DNA of 32,000 nucleotides from Chlamydiales bacterium (GCA_965261025.1 OZ253438.1:1260001-1292000); one strand, 5' to 3'; shown: positions 9,801-17,769, numbered from the stretch's first letter. Notes: generated by a model from the sequence alone, not told the origin. Translations and numbers: made by a program.

Positions 9801-10505
9801 CAAGAAAGGGAACTTATTGGTTTTTACCTTACTTCTCATCCTTTGAGTTTATATAAAGAGAAAATAGAAGAATTAGGATGCCTTTCCTTAAAAGATTTAG
9901 AAAAAAGAAAGAATCAATGGGTGAAAATAGCCTTTATTTTAGAAGAAGTACAATTTAAAATTAGCACAAAGAGTCAGAAGAAATTTGCTGTTTTAACGAT
10001 TAGTGATGGATTAGAAAAATATGAAGTACCTGTTTTTAGTGAGGTTTATGAAAATTCACTTCCCCTTTTGCAAGAGAATCAAATCCTAGTTGGACTTTTT
10101 TCTTTAGAAGAAAAAGAGCAGAAGAGGCGTCTTTCTTGCCGCTTCTTACAAAGTTTACAAGAGGGGGAAAAACAAAAGTTAGAAGAAGAGCTAAAAAGGC
10201 TTTCTTTTTTTCAAAAGGGAGGAAGAAATAAAGTGGAACGAAAAGAAAAAAAAGAGGATAAGTTATTGCGCCTTTTTCTGAATCTTTCCTCCATTCGGTT
10301 TTCTGACGTCTTAAACATGAAGGAACTTTTTCGAAAGTACGCGGGGAAGACTCCCTTAAAACTAGAATTTGAGGCAGAAAAAAAAGTAGTAGCTTTTCTC
10401 CATATTCAACCTGCTTGGGGAGTCGATTTAAGTCAGGAGTTTTTGTACGCCTTGCAGACCCTTCCTCATCTTCTGAGATACGAGCTCACGGCTTTGGAGA
10501 ACTAA
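6819..10505 (+). CDS. dnaE: DNA polymerase III alpha subunit
   Basis: Includes the PHP domain 'YVPLHVHSQYSILDS', 'GPGRGSAAGSIVAYLLGIT', 'ISYPDIDVDI', 'STHAAGLII', 'LKIDFLGLKTL' and 'FNKSHAAAYAYLTYITAYLK'. The ORF track starts at TTG 6795. ATG 6819 ('MACYVPLHVHS') fits the usual N-terminus better. Confidence 0.96.
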   Translation: MACYVPLHVHSQYSILDSTASIEKLIKKAKQFDISSLALTDKGNLFGAVEFFKTAKKEKIRPILGCELWVASEGRHKKKKEPGIPVAFPLLFLAMNEIGYHNLCKLSSLGYLEGFYYYPRVDKELLQKYQEGLLCLTGSMLSPFSYYIRRNKEDLFEKEMAWYEEVFQDRLYLLLQRSSFDTEEFSQESWLLQKAQEYRADLKKVEATLTAYAKKKKLPLAASNEIHYLEKQDWKAHEILLNVSSGETVEIWERDSKGNIKSRSPNPKRKVLASKEFYFKSPEEMRAIFPDLPEALENTQKIAQRCELELDFQTKHYPVFLPPSLQKREYTKEEKEEETAQYLYQLCKEGISERYTKERLEKVAEKYPEKDPLTVVEERLELEFSIIASKGMCDYILIVYDFIFWAKSHHIPVGPGRGSAAGSIVAYLLGITDIEPLRFHLFFERFINPERISYPDIDVDICMERRLEVIEYTIRKYGKEKVAQIITFGKMKAKMAIKDVGRVLNVALSKVNQIAKLVPDDLHITLEKALEVDPELKNLYETDEEAHKVIDMAKKTEGSIRNTSTHAAGLIISEKPIVEHIPVCIAKDADMIVTQYSMKPVEAVGMLKIDFLGLKTLSCIQKCVDQIEKKRQEKIDISNLSLEDPNAFALLTEGKTLGVFQVESAGMQDLLTHLRIDSFEEIIAVGALYRPGPMDMIPSFINRKHKKEEIQIDHPWMKEILEETYGVMVYQEQVMQIANKLAGYSLGEGDVLRKAMGKKDREEMIRQRKKFIAGCLGKGIEEKTAELIFEKIEKFASYGFNKSHAAAYAYLTYITAYLKANYPSEWMAALMTCDVDDLSKIAKFIGEAKSLGIAILPPDVNESGKDFVATEKGIRFAMAGIKGVGLSVVEAILEERKKRGAFSSLEDFIKRVDSSKIGKKSIEVLIRAGSFDFMSWNRDEIRVFLEENYERGIQQRREEEEGVLHLFSLLEEKKEEKMTPPEVREKTSSIDILHQERELIGFYLTSHPLSLYKEKIEELGCLSLKDLEKRKNQWVKIAFILEEVQFKISTKSQKKFAVLTISDGLEKYEVPVFSEVYENSLPLLQENQILVGLFSLEEKEQKRRLSCRFLQSLQEGEKQKLEEELKRLSFFQKGGRNKVERKEKKEDKLLRLFLNLSSIRFSDVLNMKELFRKYAGKTPLKLEFEAEKKVVAFLHIQPAWGVDLSQEFLYALQTLPHLLRYELTALEN

Positions 10506-10569
10506 CCTTAATTTTGTGTTTTTGAAGAGAACTTGACATTTTCCCTCCAATAAGGGGATCATAGGAGCC

Positions 10570-11478
10570 ATGAGAAGACTTTTTTGTATCTGGGTTTTTT
10601 TTCTCTCCTTCGTCTCTCTTTCAGCCTTTGAAAGGCTGAGGCATTTACAAGAGAGCTATAATGTGATGCTCTCTTTTTTCCACGATCAGCAGTGGCAGAA
10701 GGTAATCGAGGAAGGAAAGATCCTTCTGGAAGATTATCCAGAGGCTACTTTATCTGCCGAGGCCCACTATTATCTGGGGGTTGCTTTTTTTTCTTTACAA
10801 GATTTTGATTTAGCAGATCGCTATTTTTCTAAGTATCTGAGAGAGAATTTAAATCCTGGTTTTTTTGAAGAGACCTTAAATTACAAGTTTCTTATCGCGG
10901 AGGGGTTTCGGAAAGGGGCTAAGAGGCATTTGACAAGATGGGAAAAAAGCCCAAGATGGCTCTCTGCAGAAGACGAAGCCCTGCAGATTTATGAAGAGAT
11001 TATCCATACCTATCCTTATGAGGATTTGGGGGCTAGAGCGCTTTATGGCAAGGCGCAAATTCAAAGAAAGAAGAGGGAGTATACCCAAAGTATAGAGTCT
11101 TTACAGACGTTAATTACCCGATTTTCTTCCCATGAGCTTGCCTTAGAAAGTTTTATAGAAATTGCGCAAATCTATGTAGAAAGAGCTAAGTTTGAGATTT
11201 TAGATCCTGATTGGCTGGATCTTGCTAAAATTAATCTTGCCCGATTTTTAGAAGCTTTTCCTGGAGAAAAAAGGGTAGAAGAGGTAAGCCTTTCTTTGCA
11301 TAAGGTAGAGGAAAATTTTGCGCAGGACCTATATGATGTAGGGAATTTTTATGAAAGAACCAAAAAGCCAAAGGCTGCAGTTATTTACTATGAAAGAATC
11401 CTTTCTAAGTTTCCTCAAACCTGTGTTGCAAAAAAAGCAGAAATTTCTTGGCAAAAGCTACAGAAGCGCTCTTCTTAG
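10570..11478 (+). CDS. TPR-repeat BamD/YfiO-like outer-membrane assembly protein
   Basis: 302 aa with an N-terminal signal-like segment ('LFCIWVFFLSFVSLSA'). It has repeated TPR-like units with the '...YP...A.eA.Y.lg.a..' pattern ('LLEDYPEATLSAEAHYYLGVAFF', 'IIHTYPYEDLGARALYGKAQI', 'ILSKFPQTCVAKKAE'). Confidence 0.55.
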   Translation: MRRLFCIWVFFLSFVSLSAFERLRHLQESYNVMLSFFHDQQWQKVIEEGKILLEDYPEATLSAEAHYYLGVAFFSLQDFDLADRYFSKYLRENLNPGFFEETLNYKFLIAEGFRKGAKRHLTRWEKSPRWLSAEDEALQIYEEIIHTYPYEDLGARALYGKAQIQRKKREYTQSIESLQTLITRFSSHELALESFIEIAQIYVERAKFEILDPDWLDLAKINLARFLEAFPGEKRVEEVSLSLHKVEENFAQDLYDVGNFYERTKKPKAAVIYYERILSKFPQTCVAKKAEISWQKLQKRSS

Positions 11479-12052
11479 TTTTTTCTTCTTTTTCTCTTGT
11501 CAGTATCACTGCCTACAGTCTAGACCGGTTTCCGTCAGGGTTCCTTTTGTAGAGGGAGATCAGAAGGGGCTTTTGACCGCGCAACTGGTTCATAAGATTT
11601 ATCAAAATCCTTTTTTATCCTATAGAGAAGAAGAGGGGAATTTTTGTTTAAAGGTCTCTATAATAGATTTTTCTCAAAAACAAATCGGATATCAAAGAGA
11701 AAGAGAGAAAATAGATGGCTCTTTAAAAAGAGCGATTCGTCCCATTGAAGGCAGGCTTTTTGCCACCGCCTCTGTACAATTGATAGAAAGCACCTCTGAT
11801 AAGGTAGTATGGGGTCCTGTGGTTTTCTCTTCTGAAGTAGATTTTGATTACGTAGAAGGGGACTCTTTTTCTGATTTAAGTTTTATAAATAGGAGAGGAA
11901 AAAGGGAAACAGTACTGGATTTTTCCCTAGGACAGCTAGAGCCTATAGAAAGTGCTACTGAGGCAGCCTTAACACCTTTATTTCATAAATTATCCCAAAA
12001 AATTGTAGACCAAGTAGTAGGGCATTTAGCTAGCCTTGAGGATAAATTGTGA
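11390..12052 (+). CDS. Putative lipoprotein, possibly LptE-like
   Basis: The ORF continues from 11351. A hydrophobic run ends in 'FFFFFSC'. The mature part has alternating beta-like segments and a C-terminal helix, reminiscent of LptE. The only in-frame ATGs (11351, 11390) overlap the bamD-like gene, so the start is uncertain. Confidence 0.45.
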   Translation: MKESFLSFLKPVLQKKQKFLGKSYRSALLSFFFFFSCQYHCLQSRPVSVRVPFVEGDQKGLLTAQLVHKIYQNPFLSYREEEGNFCLKVSIIDFSQKQIGYQREREKIDGSLKRAIRPIEGRLFATASVQLIESTSDKVVWGPVVFSSEVDFDYVEGDSFSDLSFINRRGKRETVLDFSLGQLEPIESATEAALTPLFHKLSQKIVDQVVGHLASLEDKL

Positions 12053-12429
12053 AACAAGCTTCTTTTTTTGCCGATTTAGGTGAGTTATACCAGATCTTAC
12101 GGTGGGTGGTAAAACAACTTTCTCCTCCTTCTGATACATGGGTTCGTGAAATAGAACTTGCTTTGGAAGAGGCTGTTACCAATATCATAAAGTACGCTTA
12201 TCCTTCTGAAAAAAAAGGCAAGATAGAAATTTTTTTAGAGGAGGAAAAAAATGTGGTAACTGTCATAGTAAAAGACTACGGAATTCCTTTTAACCCCTTA
12301 GAACAAAGCTTTTCTGGTTCTTGTGAAAAAGAAGGGGGGTTTGGGATCTTTTTCCTAAAAGAGATGGTAGATGAAATACAATATTCGTATGAGAAAGGAA
12401 ATGTTTTGAAGCTGATGAAAAAACTCTAG
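12049..12429 (+). CDS. rsbW: RsbW/SpoIIAB-type anti-sigma factor serine kinase (GHKL ATPase)
   Basis: 126 aa. N-box 'LALEEAVTNIIKYAY', G1 'VKDYGIPFNP' and G2 'GGFGIFFLKEMVDEIQY'. GTG start overlaps the upstream stop (GTGA). Confidence 0.8.
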   Translation: MKQASFFADLGELYQILRWVVKQLSPPSDTWVREIELALEEAVTNIIKYAYPSEKKGKIEIFLEEEKNVVTVIVKDYGIPFNPLEQSFSGSCEKEGGFGIFFLKEMVDEIQYSYEKGNVLKLMKKL

Positions 12430-12860
12430 TTAGGATTTTTCTTATAAGAGGTCAAGGTTGCCTCTGTTTCTAGCATATCTACTAGGAAGTTCTGTAGAAC
12501 CTTCAATACATATTTTGGTGTGTTATATACCCCAGAGGTACTAAAAACGATCTCAAGCTGGGGAGCCTCGTTGTGGTTTAAAGCAATCAGAACATAGGTA
12601 ATAGGATCTTCTCCTTCCATTTTAGGCACAATCCAGATGGCAAATTGTTCATTAAAAAGAGTTACTTTTTCTAAGCTCTCTATAACATGGAAGTACTGGG
12701 TAAGCTCGTTGGTTGCATCTTCTTCCTCATGAATATTTTCTAAGATATGCATTTCTTGTAGTAAGGCAAGATCTACGCAGATAACCCCATCATGGGCCCA
12801 GTCTTGAAGGTTTTTTGTAAATGATTGATACACCTCTTCCAGCTGTAAGGGATTTAGCAT
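12426..12860 (-). CDS. Hypothetical small acidic protein
   Basis: 144 aa, Glu/Asp-rich, with no hydrophobic segment. It converges on rsbW with a 4-nt stop overlap and has no recognisable motif. Confidence 0.5.
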   Translation of the reverse strand: MLNPLQLEEVYQSFTKNLQDWAHDGVICVDLALLQEMHILENIHEEEDATNELTQYFHVIESLEKVTLFNEQFAIWIVPKMEGEDPITYVLIALNHNEAPQLEIVFSTSGVYNTPKYVLKVLQNFLVDMLETEATLTSYKKNPN

Positions 12861-13057
12861 ATTCTCTCCTCTTTGCGGCCCCTAGCTAGATGGTAACTAA
12901 AAAAAAACAAGAATGTCAAGTTTCTTTTTGTTTTATAATAATAAGAAGGATTTTATTTACTTTTTATAAAAGTTTATTTCTATCCTTTATCAAGGAGATA
13001 TTCAAGCTGACAAGGGGGTCTTGTATTTTAACAGAAAAAGGGGCACCCTTTGCGGAT

Positions 13058-14227
13058 ATGAAAAGGGTACTTTTTCCTCTTTTTTTATTTTCTCTTTGTT
13101 CCCTTTTCTCTTTTGAGAAGAAGGTATCTGCTGAGTCAGCTATTGTCATCAATGCAGATACGGGTGCCATTCTTTTTCAGAAAAAAGCCTATGATCCCAT
13201 TTTTCCAGCAAGTCTTACTAAATTAATTACAGCCACTTACGTTTTAGATAAGAAGGAAGTGGATTTTTTCTCTTTCTCTGCTGCTTCTAAAGAGGCTTTA
13301 GCAATTATGTCAGATGAGCAAAGAGAAAAAGATTTTTATGCCTATCCTCCTCACATTTTGGAGTATGGAGGAATAAATATGGGGATACTAAGAGGAGAGG
13401 AGCTTCCTCTTTGGGCTTTGCTCTATGGAACTTTCATTTCTTCTTTTAATGATACTTCGAATGTTTTGGCAGAAGTGGTTTCGGGCTCTATCCCTCAGTT
13501 TATGGAGGAGTTAAATGCTTATGCTTTTTCTTTAGGATGCAAGGCTACTCATTTAAAGAATCCTCATGGTTTGCATCATCCGGAGCATGTAAGCACAGTT
13601 TATGATCTTGCTATAATAGCTCAAGCAGCTACGAAAAACCCCCATGTTTTGGAGATGGCCAAGATGGGTTCTTTTACCCTTCCGGCTACCAATAGAAGGA
13701 AGGCCCAAACATTTTCTCAAACCAACCGTCTTGTAAAGCCTGGGACAAAATATTACTATCCTTACGCCATAGGATTAAAAACGGGATATACTTCTAGAGC
13801 CCAGAAAAATTTGATTGCTGCAGCGACAAAAAAGGGAAGAACCTTGATTGCTGTCTTAGTTGGATGTCCTACTAGGGAGATTAGATATGAAGAGGCTATA
13901 GCTCTTTTTGAAACGGCTTTTTCCGAGGAAAAACGGGAAAAAAAGCTCTTTTCCTTGGGAAGCACTTTTACTAGACAAATAGAGGGAGCCTCTACTGTTT
14001 TAGAGGCTTTTTTGAAGGAAGAGGTGAAAATTTCTTATTATCCTTCTGAAAAACCTAATTTAAAGATCTATCTGTCTTGGGAAAATCTTAAGCTACCCAT
14101 TCAACAAGGAACAAAAGTAGCTACCTTATCAGTAGAAGATAGGGGGAAAAAACTCTGCGAGGAACCACTTTTTTCTAAGAAAAAAGTGGGTTATACCTTT
14201 TGGGGTTATCTCACCCATCTTTTTTAA
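13058..14227 (+). CDS. D-alanyl-D-alanine carboxypeptidase (PBP5/6, peptidase S11)
   Basis: Signal peptide 'MKRVLFPLFLFSLCSLFSF', SxxK 'PASLTKLI', SxN 'SSFNDTSN' and KTG 'LKTGYT'. The ORF-track start at 12890 adds 56 residues upstream of the signal peptide, so ATG 13058 is preferred. Confidence 0.88.
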   Translation: MKRVLFPLFLFSLCSLFSFEKKVSAESAIVINADTGAILFQKKAYDPIFPASLTKLITATYVLDKKEVDFFSFSAASKEALAIMSDEQREKDFYAYPPHILEYGGINMGILRGEELPLWALLYGTFISSFNDTSNVLAEVVSGSIPQFMEELNAYAFSLGCKATHLKNPHGLHHPEHVSTVYDLAIIAQAATKNPHVLEMAKMGSFTLPATNRRKAQTFSQTNRLVKPGTKYYYPYAIGLKTGYTSRAQKNLIAAATKKGRTLIAVLVGCPTREIRYEEAIALFETAFSEEKREKKLFSLGSTFTRQIEGASTVLEAFLKEEVKISYYPSEKPNLKIYLSWENLKLPIQQGTKVATLSVEDRGKKLCEEPLFSKKKVGYTFWGYLTHLF

Positions 14228-14963
14228 AAAAAGTAAGAAATAAAGAAGTAAGCTCTTCAGTAGAACAGTGTTCTACTCTTTTTTGCAGAAGGGGATTTTG
14301 CTTTGAAAGAGAAGAAAATTCTTTAGGAAAATGGTTTTTTAAAGAAGAGGAAAGGAGTTTTCTCTTACTCTGATAAAGTTTTTGAAGAAAGAGAAAAAAG
14401 GAGTTTTTTTCTATAGGCAGATGAGAGAAAAAAGAGAGCTTAAAAGCCAGGGAATCTACCTTTGGTCGAGGAGAAAAAGCATTTTTAGAAATCACAAAAA
14501 GAGGTTGCACATCAGCGCAGAAAGAAAGAAAAGCTCCTAAAAGGGTTTTTCGCTTTATCAGTTTTTCTACTAATTCTTTTTGAAGTACGAAAAGAGCTTG
14601 GGTAAAGTAGGCGCTATTTCCCAACACATAATATAAAATCTCTTGGCTTAAGTGATAGGGGAGGTTTCCTAGTAATTGGGTGGATGTTTTGGGAAGAAAA
14701 GAAAAGTCAAAATGGAGAATATCGCCGGAAAAAATGGAGAGAAGAGGATATTTTTTTTGGAGGGATTTACAGAGCGCTTCATCTTTTTCTACTACCCAAA
14801 ACTGGGAAAAAGGGCCTTTGTATACTTCTTTTGTAAGTGCGCCTGTTCCAGGGCCTATTTCTAGAAAAAGAGAGGCTTTTTTGAAAGAAAGAAACGAGAC
14901 AATTCTTTCTATAACAGAAGGATCTTGTAAGAAAAATTGAGAGAGGCTTTTTTTAGCCTTCAT
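14211..14963 (-). CDS. rsmA: 16S rRNA (adenine1518/1519-N6)-dimethyltransferase
   Basis: 250 aa. 'KKSLSQFFLQDPSVIERIV', SAM motif 'LEIGPGTGALT' and 'LLGNLPYHLSQEIL'. The 3' end overlaps the convergent carboxypeptidase gene by 17 nt. Confidence 0.9.
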   Translation of the reverse strand: MKAKKSLSQFFLQDPSVIERIVSFLSFKKASLFLEIGPGTGALTKEVYKGPFSQFWVVEKDEALCKSLQKKYPLLSIFSGDILHFDFSFLPKTSTQLLGNLPYHLSQEILYYVLGNSAYFTQALFVLQKELVEKLIKRKTLLGAFLSFCADVQPLFVISKNAFSPRPKVDSLAFKLSFFSHLPIEKNSFFLFLQKLYQSKRKLLSSSLKNHFPKEFSSLSKQNPLLQKRVEHCSTEELTSLFLTFFKKDG

Positions 14964-16018
14964 TGCAAAACAAAAGGCTCAAAATCTTTGGAAGGATAGG
15001 AACGTATATCGTGTTTGTAAATTCTTTTTAATTTTTCTAAATAGGTTGAGCTAGCTTCTTCTGCTTTTTTTTGAAAAACTTCCTCCCGAAGAGGGGCAGA
15101 TAATTCTCTGTAACCAGCGCCTTGTTTCTCTTTTATTTGTTGAAGATAAAAGATTCGATAAAAAGAAGAATCATTTTGAGAAAATTCTATAGGCGAAGAA
15201 AACATTTTTTCTTGGAGAGGCTCTAAAGCCTTCAAAAAAGGAGCCGAGAGATCTTCCCTTGTTTTACTATATAAAGGGGATATTTGGATATTTGCTTTAG
15301 TATAAAATCTCTTGATTTCATCTAAGTAGACTTTAGAACTATCCAAATCAGAAGTATAATCTACGAGGGAACAAGCAGCTTTTTCGGCTAACTCTTTTGC
15401 TTCTTCCTTAGAAGAAGCTTTTACAGAGATGACTCGGTAAGAAAACTCTTTAGTAGGAGGATTTTTCTGCAGGTGAGCTTGGTAAGCAGACCAAATCGTC
15501 TCAGGAGTCACTCTCTGCTGAGCACGGTAATGGACAAAAAAACCAAGCATTTTTTGCACGATTAATTCTTTGCGAAGCATCTCCCAAGCCTGTTCAAAGG
15601 TAAGATTTAGCTTTTCTAAAGTGAGAAGGGAATTGGGGCCAAATCGATTTTCAAATTCCTCTCGAATTTCTCCTTCTGAGATCTTTACTTCTTTCTTAGT
15701 AGCATCTAAAAGAATTAACTCTGTATGAATCAAATCTTGTAAAATATATTTCCAGCTACCTTTGTAGAATTGGTAGCGGGCCATAGTTTTTTCTTTCAAG
15801 TCGGGATACATCCGGTAAAATTGTACGTCTAACTTTTTTACCACATCCATGACAGTAATGGGAGTGTCGTGAACTTTGGCTAAAATCGCATTTTGTATAA
15901 GTAAAGAAGGCTCTTTTTCCTCTAAAGGGAAAGAGGAAGATCCAGGGAAGGAATCTGCCAGTAACGAATGTAGGAAGAAAAAAGAAATAAAAAGAAAACG
16001 CACAGCTGCTCCCTGCAT
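14960..16018 (-). CDS. Exported SurA-N/PpiD-like chaperone-domain protein (no obvious parvulin domain)
   Basis: 352 aa with a signal peptide ('VRFLFISFFFLHSLLA'). 'ILAKVHDTPITVMDVVKKLD...ELILLDATKKEVKISEGEIREEFENRFG' resembles the SurA N-terminal chaperone module. ATGA overlap with the rsmA start. Confidence 0.4.
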   Translation of the reverse strand: MQGAAVRFLFISFFFLHSLLADSFPGSSSFPLEEKEPSLLIQNAILAKVHDTPITVMDVVKKLDVQFYRMYPDLKEKTMARYQFYKGSWKYILQDLIHTELILLDATKKEVKISEGEIREEFENRFGPNSLLTLEKLNLTFEQAWEMLRKELIVQKMLGFFVHYRAQQRVTPETIWSAYQAHLQKNPPTKEFSYRVISVKASSKEEAKELAEKAACSLVDYTSDLDSSKVYLDEIKRFYTKANIQISPLYSKTREDLSAPFLKALEPLQEKMFSSPIEFSQNDSSFYRIFYLQQIKEKQGAGYRELSAPLREEVFQKKAEEASSTYLEKLKRIYKHDIRSYPSKDFEPFVLQ

Positions 16019-16051
16019 AGGAACCTGAGGATAGCAAAGAGGTTTTTTTTT

Positions 16052-17161
16052 CTAAAGCTTTTCAAAAGAGGCTAAGAAAAAACCATCTCCTCCTTTTTCT
16101 TGAGGAAGGTATTTTTCTGAGGGCCTAATCTCTTTTAAAGGGAATTTCGCACGGAAAAAAGAGACTTGGGCTTCATTTTCTTCCTGCAATATAGAACAGG
16201 TCATATAGAAGATTTTCCCACCTGGTTTTACATAAAGGAGAGCTTTTTCAAAAATTTTTCTTTGCTTTTCTATAAGGGATAAGAAGAGGCTTTCCGTTAT
16301 GGTATATTTTCTTGCTGGATTTCTTCTGAGAGAACCTGTTCCAGAGCAAGGAGCATCCACCAGTACAATATCCACTTTTTCTTTCCAAGGGCAAAGTTGT
16401 TTTTCACTAAAAAAGAGTGCAAAAGAAGAAACTCCTGCTCTTTTTAGGCGCATTTTTGCCTGTTGTAGACTTTCTTTTCTGACATCATACAGCAGAAGAT
16501 GGGGGCTTTTCATGAAAGGAGCCAAAGCTAAAGATTTCCCTCCTGATCCGGCGCAGAAATCAAGAACAGATTCTCCCTGCTTTGGAGAGATACAAAAACA
16601 TGCCCTTTGGCTTGATTCATCCTGGATTTCAAAGAGTCCCTTTTTAAACTCAGGCCAAGAAGTAAAAGGTAGATTTTTCTCAAAAAACAGAGAAAAGGGA
16701 GAAAAATTGCCCTTCCAAAGAGGGTAGGTATTTTCCCACTTTTTGAAGAGGGCTTCTCTCGTAGTTTTTAAAGCATTAACCCGAATTATTGGATGAGCTT
16801 TTTGATTAAGGATTTCACAAAGCTCTCTTGCCTTTTCTTTTCCATATTCTTCCTGAATTTTTTTCCATAAAAAGAGCGGAAAACTCACTTGAAGGTTAAC
16901 AGGAAGAGAAGAATAAGAAGCCTTTTTTTTAGGATCTCTTTGTAAAGCTTCCCACTTTCCTTCCCAGGAAGAAGAAAAAGTTGTTAAAAGTAGATTAAAA
17001 CGAACTAAGTAGTAGACTGCTTCGGATATAACTCTTCTATCTCTAGCTCCTAAAAATTTATGTTTCAAAAAATATCTTCTTACAACAAGATCCAGAGGGG
17101 TGCTTGTGCTTTCCCAGAGTTGTAGAAGAGAGAAAAGATGTTTTTTTTGAAAAGAATTCAT
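16052..17161 (-). CDS. RsmB/Sun-family rRNA (cytosine-C5)-methyltransferase
   Basis: 369 aa. NusB-like N-terminus ('GARDRRVISEAVYYLVRF'), SAM motif 'VLDFCAGSGGKSLAL', and catalytic motifs 'VLVDAPCSGTGSLRRNP' and 'IFYMTCSILQEEN'. Confidence 0.85.
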   Translation of the reverse strand: MNSFQKKHLFSLLQLWESTSTPLDLVVRRYFLKHKFLGARDRRVISEAVYYLVRFNLLLTTFSSSWEGKWEALQRDPKKKASYSSLPVNLQVSFPLFLWKKIQEEYGKEKARELCEILNQKAHPIIRVNALKTTREALFKKWENTYPLWKGNFSPFSLFFEKNLPFTSWPEFKKGLFEIQDESSQRACFCISPKQGESVLDFCAGSGGKSLALAPFMKSPHLLLYDVRKESLQQAKMRLKRAGVSSFALFFSEKQLCPWKEKVDIVLVDAPCSGTGSLRRNPARKYTITESLFLSLIEKQRKIFEKALLYVKPGGKIFYMTCSILQEENEAQVSFFRAKFPLKEIRPSEKYLPQEKGGDGFFLASFEKL

Positions 17162-17327
17162 AGTTTTTTTAAATAAAAGTAATTATATAAAAACTAACAA
17201 AAATATACTATTTCAATTAATAATTTTTTACTTAAATATTTCAGGGTTATATTTAATCAAACAAAAAGCAGGCTAGGTGCAAATGTGCTTGGTTATTTAG
17301 GGCAAAGAATCTAGGTATTTTAGCTAG

Positions 17328-17357
17328 TTGACTAAATCTTTTATATAGCATTAAAGT
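17328..17357 (+). promoter_or_regulatory. Candidate sigma-70-type promoter for the 17398-18934 cassette
   Basis: TTGACT (17328-17333), an 18-nt spacer, then TAAAGT (17352-17357). It lies about 40 nt upstream of ATG 17398, at the end of a very AT-rich spacer. Pattern match only. Confidence 0.25.
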
Positions 17358-17397
17358 GGTTTTTTTAAAGCAGTAAACCCATAGGGTAGGCGTATTC

Positions 17398-17769
17398 ATG
17401 AAGAGGTTATTTTTTGTTTTTGTTTGTTTAGTGCTCTGTATCTTTGCAAGTGAGGAAAGTCTGACTAAAGAAGGGAATTTCTTTTCTGATGTCTATGTTT
17501 CAGAAAAAAAGGAAACGGGTATCTGCAAGGAGAAAAACCTTTACCTAGCTAGAAGAGGGTATAGAGGAGGAAGAAGGGGAAAAAGAATGGGTCCTAGTTC
17601 TAAAAGGAAGGACTTAAGCCAACTAAATGAGGGAAATAAAAGAGGGTCAGAACAGAAGAAAAACCAAAACCAAAGTAACGAAGAAAAGCATCAAAGAGGG
17701 GGAGATAGAAAGAACGATCAGAATAGGCGGGCGGACGAAAAGAATAATGAACGGCATAGGAAAAATTAG
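17398..17769 (+). CDS. Exported, highly basic low-complexity protein (hypothetical)
   Basis: 123 aa with a Sec-type signal peptide 'MKRLFFVFVCLVLCIFA|SEE'. The remainder is Arg/Lys/Asn/Gln/Glu-rich ('RRGYRGGRRGKRMGPSSKRKD...QKKNQNQSNEEKHQRGGDRKNDQNRRADEKNNERHRKN'). It ends 5 nt before the next start. Low-complexity sequence makes the coding call less secure. Confidence 0.5.
   Translation: MKRLFFVFVCLVLCIFASEESLTKEGNFFSDVYVSEKKETGICKEKNLYLARRGYRGGRRGKRMGPSSKRKDLSQLNEGNKRGSEQKKNQNQSNEEKHQRGGDRKNDQNRRADEKNNERHRKN

Noticed and set aside
10533-10561. TTGACA hexamer upstream of the bamD-like gene as a promoter
   Set aside because: No acceptable -10 hexamer lies at 16-19 nt spacing (GGATCA/GATCAT). 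A transcript would also start almost on top of the ATG at 10570. It is too weak to report as a feature.
12890-13057. 56-codon N-terminal extension of the carboxypeptidase ORF
   Set aside because: The extension precedes a perfectly good ATG plus signal peptide at 13058. It lies in AT-rich divergent-promoter DNA, and an extension ahead of a Sec signal is implausible.
16299-16727. 142-aa plus-strand ORF inside the rsmB-like gene. The same reasoning covers the other antisense or alternate-frame ORFs in the track: 73-402, 162-347, 544-864, 888-1226, 2008-2425, 4511-4726, 6845-7102, 7678-8138, 9281-9583, 10876-11088, 12964-13170, 13762-13965, 14676-14940, 15756-16037, 18181-18384, 19262-19462, 20856-21116, 21897-22382, 23413-23971, 24289-24525, 25509-25816, 28096-28296, 28349-28609, 28845-29150, 29501-29925, 30735-31166 and 31446-31643.
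   Set aside because: Each lies wholly within or opposite a gene with strong family-level motifs. Their translations are low-complexity mirror images without motifs. They are typical shadow ORFs of AT-rich, purine-skewed coding DNA.
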